Shown one piece after another: positions 34,251 to 42,890 of a stretch of DNA of 64,000 nt. Each line of letters starts with the position of its first letter. The stretch's first letter is position 1. Made by a program: the position numbers and the translations under genes. Under the pieces are notes generated by a model. It worked only from the letters and a program-made list of their open reading frames with translations. It was not told the origin of the DNA and did not search any database. Source of the DNA: Thermoanaerobaculia bacterium (GTDB lineage Bacteria; Acidobacteriota; Thermoanaerobaculia; Multivoradales; JAHEKO01); contig JBFGCA010000008.1 in NCBI GenBank assembly GCA_041567315.1, positions 2,990 through 66,989 of the forward strand, given 5' to 3'.

Positions 34251-34643
34251 ATGTCCAAGGAGATCATGCCCCGGCAGACCATCGCCGTCGTCGGCGCCTC
34301 CCGCGACCGCTCCAAGTTCGGCAACAAGTGCGTCCGCGCCTATGTCGAGGCCGGCTGGGAGGTCTACCCGGTCAACCCCCGCGAACAGGAGATCGAGGGT
34401 CGCAAGACCTACCCTGTCCTGGCCGACGTCCCCGCCGACCTCGACCGCGTCAGCGTCTACCTGCCGCCGCCGCTCACCCGCAAGCTGATCCCCGAGCTGG
34501 TCGCCAAGGCGCCGGACGAGGTCTGGCTCAACCCCGGCGCGGCCGACGACGAGACCATCGCCGCGGCCCGCCAAGCCGGGCTCGAGGTGCGGTCCGCCTG
34601 CTCCATCGTCGCCCTCGGTATGTCTCCCAAGCAGTTCCCCTGA
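34251..34643 (+). CDS. CoA-binding protein
   Basis: IAVVGASRDRSKFGNK...YPVNP...VWLNPGA. Confidence 0.88.
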   Translation: MSKEIMPRQTIAVVGASRDRSKFGNKCVRAYVEAGWEVYPVNPREQEIEGRKTYPVLADVPADLDRVSVYLPPPLTRKLIPELVAKAPDEVWLNPGAADDETIAAARQAGLEVRSACSIVALGMSPKQFP

Positions 34644-34672
34644 GCCGAGGCCCCTTTCGGGACGCCGCCGCG

Positions 34673-35260
34673 ATGGCCCGCGCCAGGAAAAGCCGCCTCG
34701 ACTACGAGCCGCTCACCCCCGACACCTGGGCCGACTTCGAGACCCTGTTCGGCGAGCGCGGCGCCTGCGGCGGCTGCTGGTGCATGTGGTGGCGCCAGAC
34801 CCAGAAACAGTTCGACGCCAGGAAAGGCCCCGCCAACAAGCGGGCCATGCGCCGCCTGGTCGACGCCGGCCACGTCCCCGGCCTCCTGGCCTACGAGGAC
34901 GGCCGCCCGGTCGGCTGGTGCTCGGTGGCCCCCCGCGAGACCTTCTCCCGCCTCGGCCGCTCCCGGATCCTCGAGCCCGTCGACGACCAGCCCGTCTGGT
35001 CCGTCGTCTGCTTCTTCGTCGACCGCCGGCACCGCGCGACCGGCCTGAGCGCCGGCCTCCTCGAAGCCGCCGCCGACCACGTCCACCGCCAGGGCGGCCG
35101 CCTCCTCGAGGGCTACCCCGTCGAGCCCCGCCAGGACAAGATGCCCGACCTCTTCGCCTACACCGGCCTCGCCAGCGCCTTCCGCCGCGCCGGCTTCCAG
35201 GAGGTCGCCCGCCGCTCCGCCACCCGCCCCATCATGCGCCGCCGGCTCGCGGCCCGCTGA
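34673..35260 (+). CDS. GNAT family acetyltransferase (GCWC type)
   Basis: LFGERGACGGCWCMWWR, VGWCSVAPR, WSVVCFFV, LEGYP; ATG 34673. Confidence 0.85.
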   Translation: MARARKSRLDYEPLTPDTWADFETLFGERGACGGCWCMWWRQTQKQFDARKGPANKRAMRRLVDAGHVPGLLAYEDGRPVGWCSVAPRETFSRLGRSRILEPVDDQPVWSVVCFFVDRRHRATGLSAGLLEAAADHVHRQGGRLLEGYPVEPRQDKMPDLFAYTGLASAFRRAGFQEVARRSATRPIMRRRLAAR

Positions 35261-35354
35261 TCCCCCGCTCCTCCGCAACCGCCAGCCAAGCACTGCGCGC
35301 CTTCGCGACCTCCGCCAGCGCCTGCTCCGGCGTGTCCCCGAACGCCGAGTCGTA
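35259..35354 (-). pseudogene. HicB-type antitoxin fragment
   Basis: Startless frame YDSAFGDTPEQALAEVAKARSAWLAVAEERGI resembles the HicB G.T.EEA...W motif. Confidence 0.55.
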
Positions 35355-35356
35355 CG

Positions 35357-35638
35357 TCAGCGTAGCTCGACGCTGACCTTCTTGCCGAGCACCTTGGCGG
35401 CCCGCTCGATGGTCAGCAAGGTCACCGAAGGCACGCCAGGATCGAGCAGGCGATCGAGAGCGGCACGGCTAGTCCCCATCGCCCGCGCCATCGCCGTCTT
35501 GGTCAACCCCTGCTCTTTCATCGCCTCGGCGATCTGCCAGGCCAGGACCCTCTTGGTCGCCACGGCCTGAGCACGTTCTAGGAGGCCCCCTTCCTCCAGG
35601 AACTCGTCGAACCCAGAGCCGATGTGCTTTGCCCTCAT
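35357..35638 (-). CDS. XRE/HTH antitoxin-like regulator
   Basis: HIGSGFDEFLEE...KRVLAWQI...TKTAMARAMGTSRAALDRLLDP; RBS GGAGG. Confidence 0.85.
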   Translation of the reverse strand: MRAKHIGSGFDEFLEEGGLLERAQAVATKRVLAWQIAEAMKEQGLTKTAMARAMGTSRAALDRLLDPGVPSVTLLTIERAAKVLGKKVSVELR

Positions 35639-35673
35639 CGTCGACCTCCCAAGGGGTGCAGTGCACGGTTCAT

Positions 35674-35691
35674 CGTATCACTATTGATACG
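35674..35691. promoter_or_regulatory. Palindromic operator upstream of the HTH gene
   Basis: cgtatca-ctat-tgatacg, a perfect 7-bp inverted repeat. Confidence 0.55.
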
Positions 35692-35832
35692 TCCCCCAAT
35701 CCCCTCTACCTGATTCTCTGGACTCTCGACTCTCCTGCCGGCCACACCAAAGGAGACGGCATCGGCGCCTGCCTTCCTTGCACTCCGGGTGCAGCGAAAA
35801 GGCCGAGCGAGGGATGAGGATCCAGCAGTCGG

Positions 35833-36219
35833 CTACGACCGAGCGGAAGGAACCTCGTCGAGGAACCGCTTGCCCCAGTGCTCCATGCGCGCTTCGAGCT
35901 TGGCGGTGCAGTCGCAGGTAGAGCAGGCCCAGGGCTCGGCGCCGGTCTCGTCGCGGCACTTCTGGCGGCTGTGGGCGTCCTGGACGCGGGTGAGGTCGAA
36001 ATACTCCTCCCAGTAGGGGCGCTCCTCCTCGAGCGGGGTGGGGCAGTAGCAGACCTCGACCCAGCGGACGCGGCCGTCCTCGAGGCGCCGGGCCCGGCGC
36101 ATGTTGCGCAGGTACTCGCCCTCGGCCACCGAGCCGTGGCCCAGCAAGCCGTCGGCGACGGCCGCCCTCAGCACCGACTCGCGGCCGGGCTTGAGCCGCG
36201 CCGTCACCAGGTAGCGCAC
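35833..36219 (-). CDS. Hypothetical Cys-rich protein
   Basis: Coding-like sequence; motifs CYC...C...CSTCDC. Confidence 0.72.
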   Translation of the reverse strand: MRYLVTARLKPGRESVLRAAVADGLLGHGSVAEGEYLRNMRRARRLEDGRVRWVEVCYCPTPLEEERPYWEEYFDLTRVQDAHSRQKCRDETGAEPWACSTCDCTAKLEARMEHWGKRFLDEVPSARS

Positions 36220-36350
36220 GGCGAGATCCTACTCGAACCGGTTCTCCACCCAACCATCCGGCCGGCTTCCAACGCCAGATCAATCTCCACGTCTTTCGTG
36301 CGGGTGGAGAGCGCCCCGCGCACCCCCGGCGACCGATTCACACCCACTGA

Positions 36351-36797
36351 TCAAACCGGATAGCGTGGGTCGATCACCTCGAGCTCTTCGAAGACGGCGA
36401 AATCGTCGGGATTGCAGGTCACGAGGCTTCTCACGCCGTGCTGTAGAAGGGCGGCGGCGAAAAGGGTATCGGCGATCCGCTTGCGGCCCAGGTGGTGACG
36501 CTCCAGCAGCTCAAACGCCAGGCTCACCGTGGCCTCCTCGAGCGGCGCAGGCTCGACGTTGCTCCGGTGCAGGTACGGGCGGGCGATCGCCAGGGCTTCG
36601 GCCATAGTCACCGGGGGATCGAACCGCCGCGGGTCCGTCACGACGTGGACGAACTCGTGAAGCACAAGTGCCGTCAACACCAGCACGGTGTTCGGCGTGG
36701 AAAGCTGATCGCGCAGAAAAGAACGGACCCGCCGATGCCCCTCCAGGATCGGCAGGTGAGCGTAGACGAGAACGTTGGTGTCGAGGCCCCGCTTCAC
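36351..36797 (-). CDS. PIN-domain toxin (VapC-like)
   Basis: LDTNVLVY, E, IADTL, VTCNPDDF. Confidence 0.9.
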   Translation of the reverse strand: MKRGLDTNVLVYAHLPILEGHRRVRSFLRDQLSTPNTVLVLTALVLHEFVHVVTDPRRFDPPVTMAEALAIARPYLHRSNVEPAPLEEATVSLAFELLERHHLGRKRIADTLFAAALLQHGVRSLVTCNPDDFAVFEELEVIDPRYPV

Positions 36798-37045
36798 GAC
36801 CCCGGGGTCCAGCGCTCACCGAACATCTCCGCGTAGACCTCGGCCCGCGAAGGAAGTTGCCCGATCAGTCGATGGCCCGGCAGCGTGGGGATCTCCGTCA
36901 GCGGGGTCCGGGCCTCCAACCGCTCGGCGCGGTAGACCGACATCGCCTCGCGGATGAGCTGGGCGATGGGCCGCTCCTGTGCCCGTGCAGCTTGCCGAAA
37001 GACCTCGTAGTCGGCTTCCGATACGGCCACCGATATCGTCTTCAT
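36794..37045 (-). CDS. Ribbon-helix-helix antitoxin (VapB/CopG-like)
   Basis: MKTISVAVSEADY...IAQLIREAM; 4-nt overlap with the PIN gene. Confidence 0.8.
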   Translation of the reverse strand: MKTISVAVSEADYEVFRQAARAQERPIAQLIREAMSVYRAERLEARTPLTEIPTLPGHRLIGQLPSRAEVYAEMFGERWTPGS

Positions 37046-37122
37046 ATCGAATGCACTATAGCAGAGGGACTAATCACAGGCAAGGCAGACCAAGACGGAA
37101 TTCCCTGGAGAAGATTGGGAGA

Positions 37123-38076
37123 TCAGCCGCCGGTGCCCGACCAGGCGGTGGTGTCGCCGGACTCGAAGCCGTCGGCGAAGATGAGGCCGGGGTCGGCGCC
37201 GAAGGGGGTGTCGGCGGACCACAGCGGGCCGGCGGGGTCGCCGCCGAAGCGGCGCTGGCCGTGGCTGGGGCCGCCGGCGGCGCCGGAGACGTCGGCGACC
37301 AGGTCCCCCCCACCCTCGTCCAGGTGGTAGAGGGCGGCGGTGGCGCCGTCGGGGACGAAGGGCGCGGCGGGGGGCGTGAAGTCGCCGTCGTAGCGGAGGA
37401 CGGTCGACAGCCGCAGCTCGTCGAGCCAGCCGCTGTAGGAGGGGAACTGCGGGCCGGCGTCGTGCTTCTCGGCGCCGAGGACCAGGAAGGGGTCCTTCTC
37501 GAAGGGGGTGGAGCGGCCGTCGCGGTAGGTCATGTCGGCCACCGGGCCGGTGGGGACCGCGCCGTCGAGCTGGCCGTCGACATAGACCTGGAGCCGCCCG
37601 TCGCTGCCGCGGCGGGTGACGGCGAGGTGGTGCCAGAGGCCGTCGGCGACCACGGTCGAGCCGCAGATGCCCTCGCCCCAGGAGCCGACGGCGACCCCGA
37701 AGGCGATCTCGCCACCGCGCAGCGACACCCCCCAGTCGCCCCAGTCGCCGGAGCCGAAGACGTCGCGGTCGAGGAGGATGTTGCCGTAGATCCAGTTGTC
37801 GGCGCCGGCCTCGCAGGCCGGGGCGTCGTTGTCGGCCAGCGCCGCCTTCATCCACCACTCGACGGTGAAGTCGCCGAGGCCGACGTCGACCGGCCGGTGC
37901 GGGTCGTCGAGCGGGATCTCGACCCGGTCGAGGCCGGGGGCGTCGACGCCGTTGCCGAAGAAGCGCAGCGAGAAGCCGTCGGCGGCGACGGGCGCGGCGG
38001 CCAGGTAGAGGGCCAACACGCAGAGCCAGGCGCAGCGACTCCACCAGCGGGCGGCGATCGTCGGTCGGTGGTGCAT
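37123..38076 (-). CDS. Secreted LamG/concanavalin-like domain protein with C-terminal IFADGFESGD tag
   Basis: Signal peptide, DFTVEWW, DGLWHHLAVTR, YVDGQ, GWLDELRLS, LIFADGFESGDTTAWS. Confidence 0.85.
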   Translation of the reverse strand: MHHRPTIAARWWSRCAWLCVLALYLAAAPVAADGFSLRFFGNGVDAPGLDRVEIPLDDPHRPVDVGLGDFTVEWWMKAALADNDAPACEAGADNWIYGNILLDRDVFGSGDWGDWGVSLRGGEIAFGVAVGSWGEGICGSTVVADGLWHHLAVTRRGSDGRLQVYVDGQLDGAVPTGPVADMTYRDGRSTPFEKDPFLVLGAEKHDAGPQFPSYSGWLDELRLSTVLRYDGDFTPPAAPFVPDGATAALYHLDEGGGDLVADVSGAAGGPSHGQRRFGGDPAGPLWSADTPFGADPGLIFADGFESGDTTAWSGTGG

Positions 38077-38197
38077 CAGGCGAGATCGTCCAGGAAAGAC
38101 CCGACACGGGTCAATGGCGACTTCCACACGCAGGGGACCCCCGCACCGCTCCGATGGATGGGGCCTCCGACACCGGCGACGCGTAGCCCGCGGCTCC

Positions 38198-40849
38198 TCA
38201 GACCTTGGCGTCGTACCAGGTGGGGCCGTGGCCGAGGTCGACCACCAGCGGCACCTCGAGGCGCTCGACCCGCTCCATCTCGCGGCGGACCAGCTCGCCG
38301 ACGGCTTCGGTCTCGCCCTCGGGAACCTCGAGCACCAGCTCGTCGTGGACGGTGAGCAGCAGCCGCGCCTCCGGGTGCTCGGCGCGCAGCCGGCGATCGG
38401 CGGCGATCATCGCCTTCTTGAGGAGGTCGGCGGCGGTGCCCTGGATGCGGGCGTTGATCGCCATCCGGCGGGCGTTCTCGCGCAGGTTCCAGTTGCGGCT
38501 CTTGATCTCGGGCAGCCAGCGGACGCGGCCGTAGAGGGTCTCGACCTTGCCCTCCTCGCGGGCCTGCTCGACGGTCTCCTCGACGTAGCGCTTGACCCCG
38601 GCGTACTGCTCCAGATAGGCCTCGATGATGCGCTTGGCGTCGGCCTGCGGGATGCCCAGGTTCTGGGCCAGGCCGAAGGGGCTGATGCCGTAGATGATCC
38701 CGAAGTTGATGGTCTTGGCGGCGCGCCGCTGCTCGGCGGTGACCAGCGCGGCGGCCACGCCGAAGACGCTGGCGGCGGTGGTGCGGTGGATGTCCTCGCC
38801 GGCCTCGAAGGCCTCGATCAGCGCCGGCTCCCCGGCGATGTGGGCCAGCACCCTGAGCTCGATCTGGTTGTAGTCGGCGACCAGCAGGTGCCGCCCCGCG
38901 GCGGCGATGAAGGCCTTGCGGATCTGCTGGCCCTGCTCGGTGCGGACCGGGATGTTCTGCAGGTTGGGGTTGGCCGAAGACAGCCGGCCGGTGGCGGCCA
39001 CCGCCTGCTGGTAGCGGGTGTGGAGCCGCCCGTCGTCGCCCACCAGCGCCGGCAGCGCGTCGACGTAGGTCGACTTGAGCTTGGCCAGCTCGCGGAAGCG
39101 CAGCAGCCGCTCGGGCAGGTCGTAGCCCTTGAGCGACAGCTCCTGCAGGGTCTCGGCGCTGGTCGAGTAGCTCTTGGTCTTGCGGGTCTTCTTGAGCACC
39201 GGGTAGCCCAGCTTCTCGAACAGCACCACCCCGAGCTGCTGGGGGGAGTTGATGTTGAAGCGCTCGCCGGCCAGCTCGTAGATCTCCGCCTCGAGGCCGT
39301 CCAGCTCGGCGCCCAGCCGCTTCGAGGTCGCGGCCAGGAACTCGACGTCGAGGAGCACCCCGTGCTCCTCCATCCCCACCAGCACCGGCACCAGCGGCGC
39401 CTCGATCTCGCGGTAGACGGCGGCCAGCGGCCCGTCGCCCAGCTCGCGCTCCATGGCGGCGGCGAGCCGCCGGGGCAGTTCCACCCGCTCGCCGGCCAGC
39501 GCCAGCAGCGGCCCGTGGCCGGGGACGGGCGCGGCCTCCTTCTCCCACCCCGCCTCCTTGAGGCTCACCGCCTTGTAGCCCAGCCGGTCGAGCGCCACCT
39601 CTTCGAGCGAGTGGGCGCGGAGCGCCGGCCGCAGCAGGTAGGAGACCAGCATGGTGTCGAACAGGGCGGCCCCGGTCGAGCGACCGTCCGGGACCAGCCG
39701 GAGCACCTCTTTCAGGTCGTGCCCGGCCAGCTCCTCGCAGCCGCCGGGGGCGAGCCAGGCGGCAACGGTCTCGCGGGCGGCCTCGGCCAGGCCCGCCCGG
39801 CGGAAGTCGGCGAAGACCACCGGGGCGGGCTCGCCGTCCTCCGCGGGGGCGCCGCCGACCGCCAGTCCCACCGGCTCGGGCTCGCCGACCACGGCGGCGA
39901 AGATCCGGCCCTCGAGACCGCCCACCGCCTCGCGCCAGGCCGCGGCGTCGGCCGCTTCGACCGCCGCCGGCGCCGGCTCGTCCCCCGGCCCGGTCTCCAG
40001 CTCCTCGAGCAGCGAGAAGAACTCCAGCTCGCGGAACAGCTCCTTCAAGGCGGCGGGATCGGGCGGCTCGTGCGCCAGATCCTGGGGGTCGAACTCCAGC
40101 GGCAGATCGGTGTGGATGGTGACCAGCCGCCGCGACTTGAGCGCGTCCTCCTGGTGGTTCCGGAGGTTCTCGCCCCGCTTGCCCGGCACCTGATCGGCGT
40201 TTTCGAGTAGCCGGTCCAGCGACCCGTGGCCGCGAAGCAGCTGGACCGCCGTTTTCGGCCCGATCAGGGGGACGCCAGGTACGTTGTCCGAGGTGTCGCC
40301 GATCAGAGCCAGGTAGTCCACGATCTGGTCCGGACGGACTCCGTAGTCGGCCTCCACCTCGGCGGGTCCGTACATTTTCTCCCGGCGCGTGTGCCACAGC
40401 GACACCTTGTCGTCGAGAAGCTGGAGCATGTCCTTGTCGGCGGTCACCAACACCACGTCGTAGCCGGCCGCGGCGGCCTTGCGCGCCAGGGTGCCCATCA
40501 CGTCATCAGCTTCGTAGCGCTCCTGTTCGAGGATGGGGATGCGATAGGCCTCGATCGCCCGCCGGATCCACGGGATCTGGAGCCGGAGCTCGTCGGGCAT
40601 CGGCGCCCGATTAGCCTTGTAGTCCTCGAACTCCTCCCTGCGGAGCGTGGTCTCGTCCGCGACGTCGAGCGCCACGCCCACCAGCTCCGGCTGCTCCTCG
40701 CGGAGCAGCTTGCGGAGCATCTGCAAGAAGCCGTAGACGGCGTTCGTGGGCTCGCCCCGCGAGTTGGACAGATCGCGAAGTGCGTGGAAGGCGCGGTAGA
40801 TGTTGGAGTAGCCGTCGATCAGGTAGAGACGACGGCCGGCCGCGGGCAT
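38198..40849 (-). CDS. polA: DNA polymerase I
   Basis: 5'-3' exonuclease LIDG..YRAFHA and YEADD; polymerase TGRLSSANPNLQNIP, ADYNQIELR, KTINFGIIYG, VHDEL. Confidence 0.98.
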   Translation of the reverse strand: MPAAGRRLYLIDGYSNIYRAFHALRDLSNSRGEPTNAVYGFLQMLRKLLREEQPELVGVALDVADETTLRREEFEDYKANRAPMPDELRLQIPWIRRAIEAYRIPILEQERYEADDVMGTLARKAAAAGYDVVLVTADKDMLQLLDDKVSLWHTRREKMYGPAEVEADYGVRPDQIVDYLALIGDTSDNVPGVPLIGPKTAVQLLRGHGSLDRLLENADQVPGKRGENLRNHQEDALKSRRLVTIHTDLPLEFDPQDLAHEPPDPAALKELFRELEFFSLLEELETGPGDEPAPAAVEAADAAAWREAVGGLEGRIFAAVVGEPEPVGLAVGGAPAEDGEPAPVVFADFRRAGLAEAARETVAAWLAPGGCEELAGHDLKEVLRLVPDGRSTGAALFDTMLVSYLLRPALRAHSLEEVALDRLGYKAVSLKEAGWEKEAAPVPGHGPLLALAGERVELPRRLAAAMERELGDGPLAAVYREIEAPLVPVLVGMEEHGVLLDVEFLAATSKRLGAELDGLEAEIYELAGERFNINSPQQLGVVLFEKLGYPVLKKTRKTKSYSTSAETLQELSLKGYDLPERLLRFRELAKLKSTYVDALPALVGDDGRLHTRYQQAVAATGRLSSANPNLQNIPVRTEQGQQIRKAFIAAAGRHLLVADYNQIELRVLAHIAGEPALIEAFEAGEDIHRTTAASVFGVAAALVTAEQRRAAKTINFGIIYGISPFGLAQNLGIPQADAKRIIEAYLEQYAGVKRYVEETVEQAREEGKVETLYGRVRWLPEIKSRNWNLRENARRMAINARIQGTAADLLKKAMIAADRRLRAEHPEARLLLTVHDELVLEVPEGETEAVGELVRREMERVERLEVPLVVDLGHGPTWYDAKV

Positions 40850-41073
40850 GTCGGGATCTTATCCCCGGGCCGACGAGGGCCCGTGGGTTTCCAGGGTCGG
40901 TCCAGACGCCGCCGCAACGGCCAGCTCGGCCTCTGCAGCCGGTCTTCCCTACCCAGCTTCCGGACCGTCGCGCTCAGCCACCTCGACGTCGGCGGCCACT
41001 GCACGGGCGTCTGCAATAATCCGGGCGTCTCTTTTCCGACGACGACGCGACTCTCGGCCAAGGAGGGCACGAC

Positions 41074-41337
41074 ATGGGAGTGATGGGCCTTTTCTCGTGG
41101 ATCCTGATGGGGCTGCTGGCCGGCGCGCTGGCCAAGTTCTTCATGCCGGGCAAGGACCCCGGCGGCTGTCTGATGACCATCGTCATCGGCATCGTCGGCG
41201 CCCTGGCCGGCGGCTTCCTGGCCACCCAGCTCGGCTACGGGGGGATCTCGGGCTTCGACCTGCGCAGCCTGCTGATCGCCACCGGCGGCGCCTTCCTGCT
41301 GCTGCTGGTCTTGAGAGTCGTCAGGGGCCGGCGGTAG
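41074..41337 (+). CDS. GlsB/YeaQ/YmgE (transglycosylase-associated) membrane protein
   Basis: WILMGLLAGALAKFFMPGKDPGG...GIVGALAGG. Confidence 0.9.
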   Translation: MGVMGLFSWILMGLLAGALAKFFMPGKDPGGCLMTIVIGIVGALAGGFLATQLGYGGISGFDLRSLLIATGGAFLLLLVLRVVRGRR

Positions 41338-41349
41338 CCAGGCCAGGCG

Positions 41350-41856
41350 CTACCTCCGCGCCTGGCCGAGCAGGTGGCCGGCCTCGGGGAGGATCAGCCG
41401 CTCCATCGCCAGCTCGACCGCCTTGGGCGAGCCGGGAAGCACGAAGACCGCCTGGCGCCCGACCAGCCCGGCGACCGCCCGGCTGAGCATCGCCGCCGCC
41501 CCCACCTGCTCGAAGGAGAGCATCCGGAACAGCTCGCCGAAGCCGTCGACGCGGCGCTCGAGCAGCGGCGCGACCGCCTCGCAGGTGACGTCGCGCGGCG
41601 CGAAACCGGTGCCGCCGCTGGCCACCAGCAGATCGACCCCGTCGGCAGCGAGCAGCTCGCGGACCGCGGCTCGGACCGCCGCCTGCTCGTCGGGGACGAT
41701 CCGCGAGACCACCACCCGGTGGCCGGCCGCCGCCGCCAGCCGGCGGATCGCGTCGCCGCTGCCGTCGGTCTCCGGGGTGCGGCTGTCGCTCACCGTGAGG
41801 ACCGCGAAGCCCAGCCGGCCCGGCGCGTAACCGCGGTGCTGCTCGACGGCATCCAC
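41350..41856 (-). CDS. moaB: Molybdenum cofactor biosynthesis protein MoaB/MogA family
   Basis: LTVSDSR...DGSG, IVPDE, SGGTGFAPRDVT.EA, AMLSRA, LPGSP. Confidence 0.88.
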   Translation of the reverse strand: MDAVEQHRGYAPGRLGFAVLTVSDSRTPETDGSGDAIRRLAAAAGHRVVVSRIVPDEQAAVRAAVRELLAADGVDLLVASGGTGFAPRDVTCEAVAPLLERRVDGFGELFRMLSFEQVGAAAMLSRAVAGLVGRQAVFVLPGSPKAVELAMERLILPEAGHLLGQARR

Positions 41857-41982
41857 CGGGAATCAAGCTACCACGCCGGTCCCGACGTGGCGCCGCCGGC
41901 CACCTCCGGCAGCGGCATGCGTCCTCCGGCGCCCGACACTCGCCGCCGGCGGCGGCCGGTCGCTGCCAACCCTGAAGACGAA

Positions 41983-42011
41983 ACGGCCACCCGCACCCGG
42001 CGGGTGGCCGT
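41983..42011 (-). terminator. Hairpin, probable intrinsic terminator of the cytochrome cluster
   Basis: acggccacccg-N7-cgggtggccgt (11-bp stem) 28 nt past the stop codon; short U tract. Confidence 0.55.
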
Positions 42012-42039
42012 CTTCGATCGCCCTCGGTCGGGCGCGGCG

Positions 42040-42612
42040 TCAGTCGTGGTTGTACTTGAGCGGGTACTTCTCGTGCGTGCCCTCGTCCTTCATGGTCTCG
42101 AAGTCGAAGCTGTAGTCGGGGATGGGCACGTTCTCGTTGTGGCACTGGGCGCACTGCTCGGGGCCGACCTTCTCGACCATGCCGACGGCCACCAGGTCGG
42201 CCCGCTTGTACTCCTTGTTGTCGAGCGTCATGTAGCCGTCCTGGATGTAGGTGCCGCCGGCACCGTGGCAGGACTCGCAGCCCACCCCGGCCAGCTCCGG
42301 GGTGTCGGCCTCGCTGGTGAAACCGCCGGTCTTGCCGTAGCCGGTGACGTGGCAGGAGACGCACTCGGCGTCGGTGGTGTAGTCGGCCTGGGGATCGAGA
42401 CCGAGCTCCTGCTTGACCTCGGCGTCGACGCCTGGCTTGAGAGTCTCGAAGGCCTGGGCCATCTTGGTCTGCTCCCAGGACTTGAACTCCTTGAGGTGGC
42501 ACTTCTTGCAGCTCTTGGAACCGACGAAGGCGTGGTCGTCGGCCATGGCCGGGGCGCTCACGACCGCCAGCGCCACCGCGGCCAGCATCCAGATTCGCAA
42601 CAGGGATCTCAT
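42040..42612 (-). CDS. Tetraheme cytochrome c554-like periplasmic protein
   Basis: Signal peptide; FVGSKSCKKCH, CVSCHVTGYG..GGF, VGCESCHG.G, CAQCH. Confidence 0.85.
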   Translation of the reverse strand: MRSLLRIWMLAAVALAVVSAPAMADDHAFVGSKSCKKCHLKEFKSWEQTKMAQAFETLKPGVDAEVKQELGLDPQADYTTDAECVSCHVTGYGKTGGFTSEADTPELAGVGCESCHGAGGTYIQDGYMTLDNKEYKRADLVAVGMVEKVGPEQCAQCHNENVPIPDYSFDFETMKDEGTHEKYPLKYNHD

Positions 42613-42890
42613 CGATGGGGTCTCCTCATGATTCCTGGTTTTCTCCGGCGACCCGCTCGGCGCGACCGCCGCCCTCGTCCGTTTCCCTAGCAAGCACCGT
42701 TCCAAGCACCGGCCGGGCTCGGCCGAATCGCGCTGCCGCCCGCCGGGCGCCGAGATCGGCGAGCATACGCTAGCGGCCGCGCCGCGGCGCCGCGAACACC
42801 CGTCGGCGCGGGCCGGACCCCGGCCGGCCCCCTCCTTCCGGGTAGTCTCCGCGAACCGCGCTGCGCCGTTGTACGCGTCCTCGAATTCGG

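Noticed and set aside
40150-40849. Apparently more A/T-ending codons in the 5' part of polA (possible recombined segment)
   Set aside because: A visual impression only; it needs a GC3 calculation, and the protein is intact.
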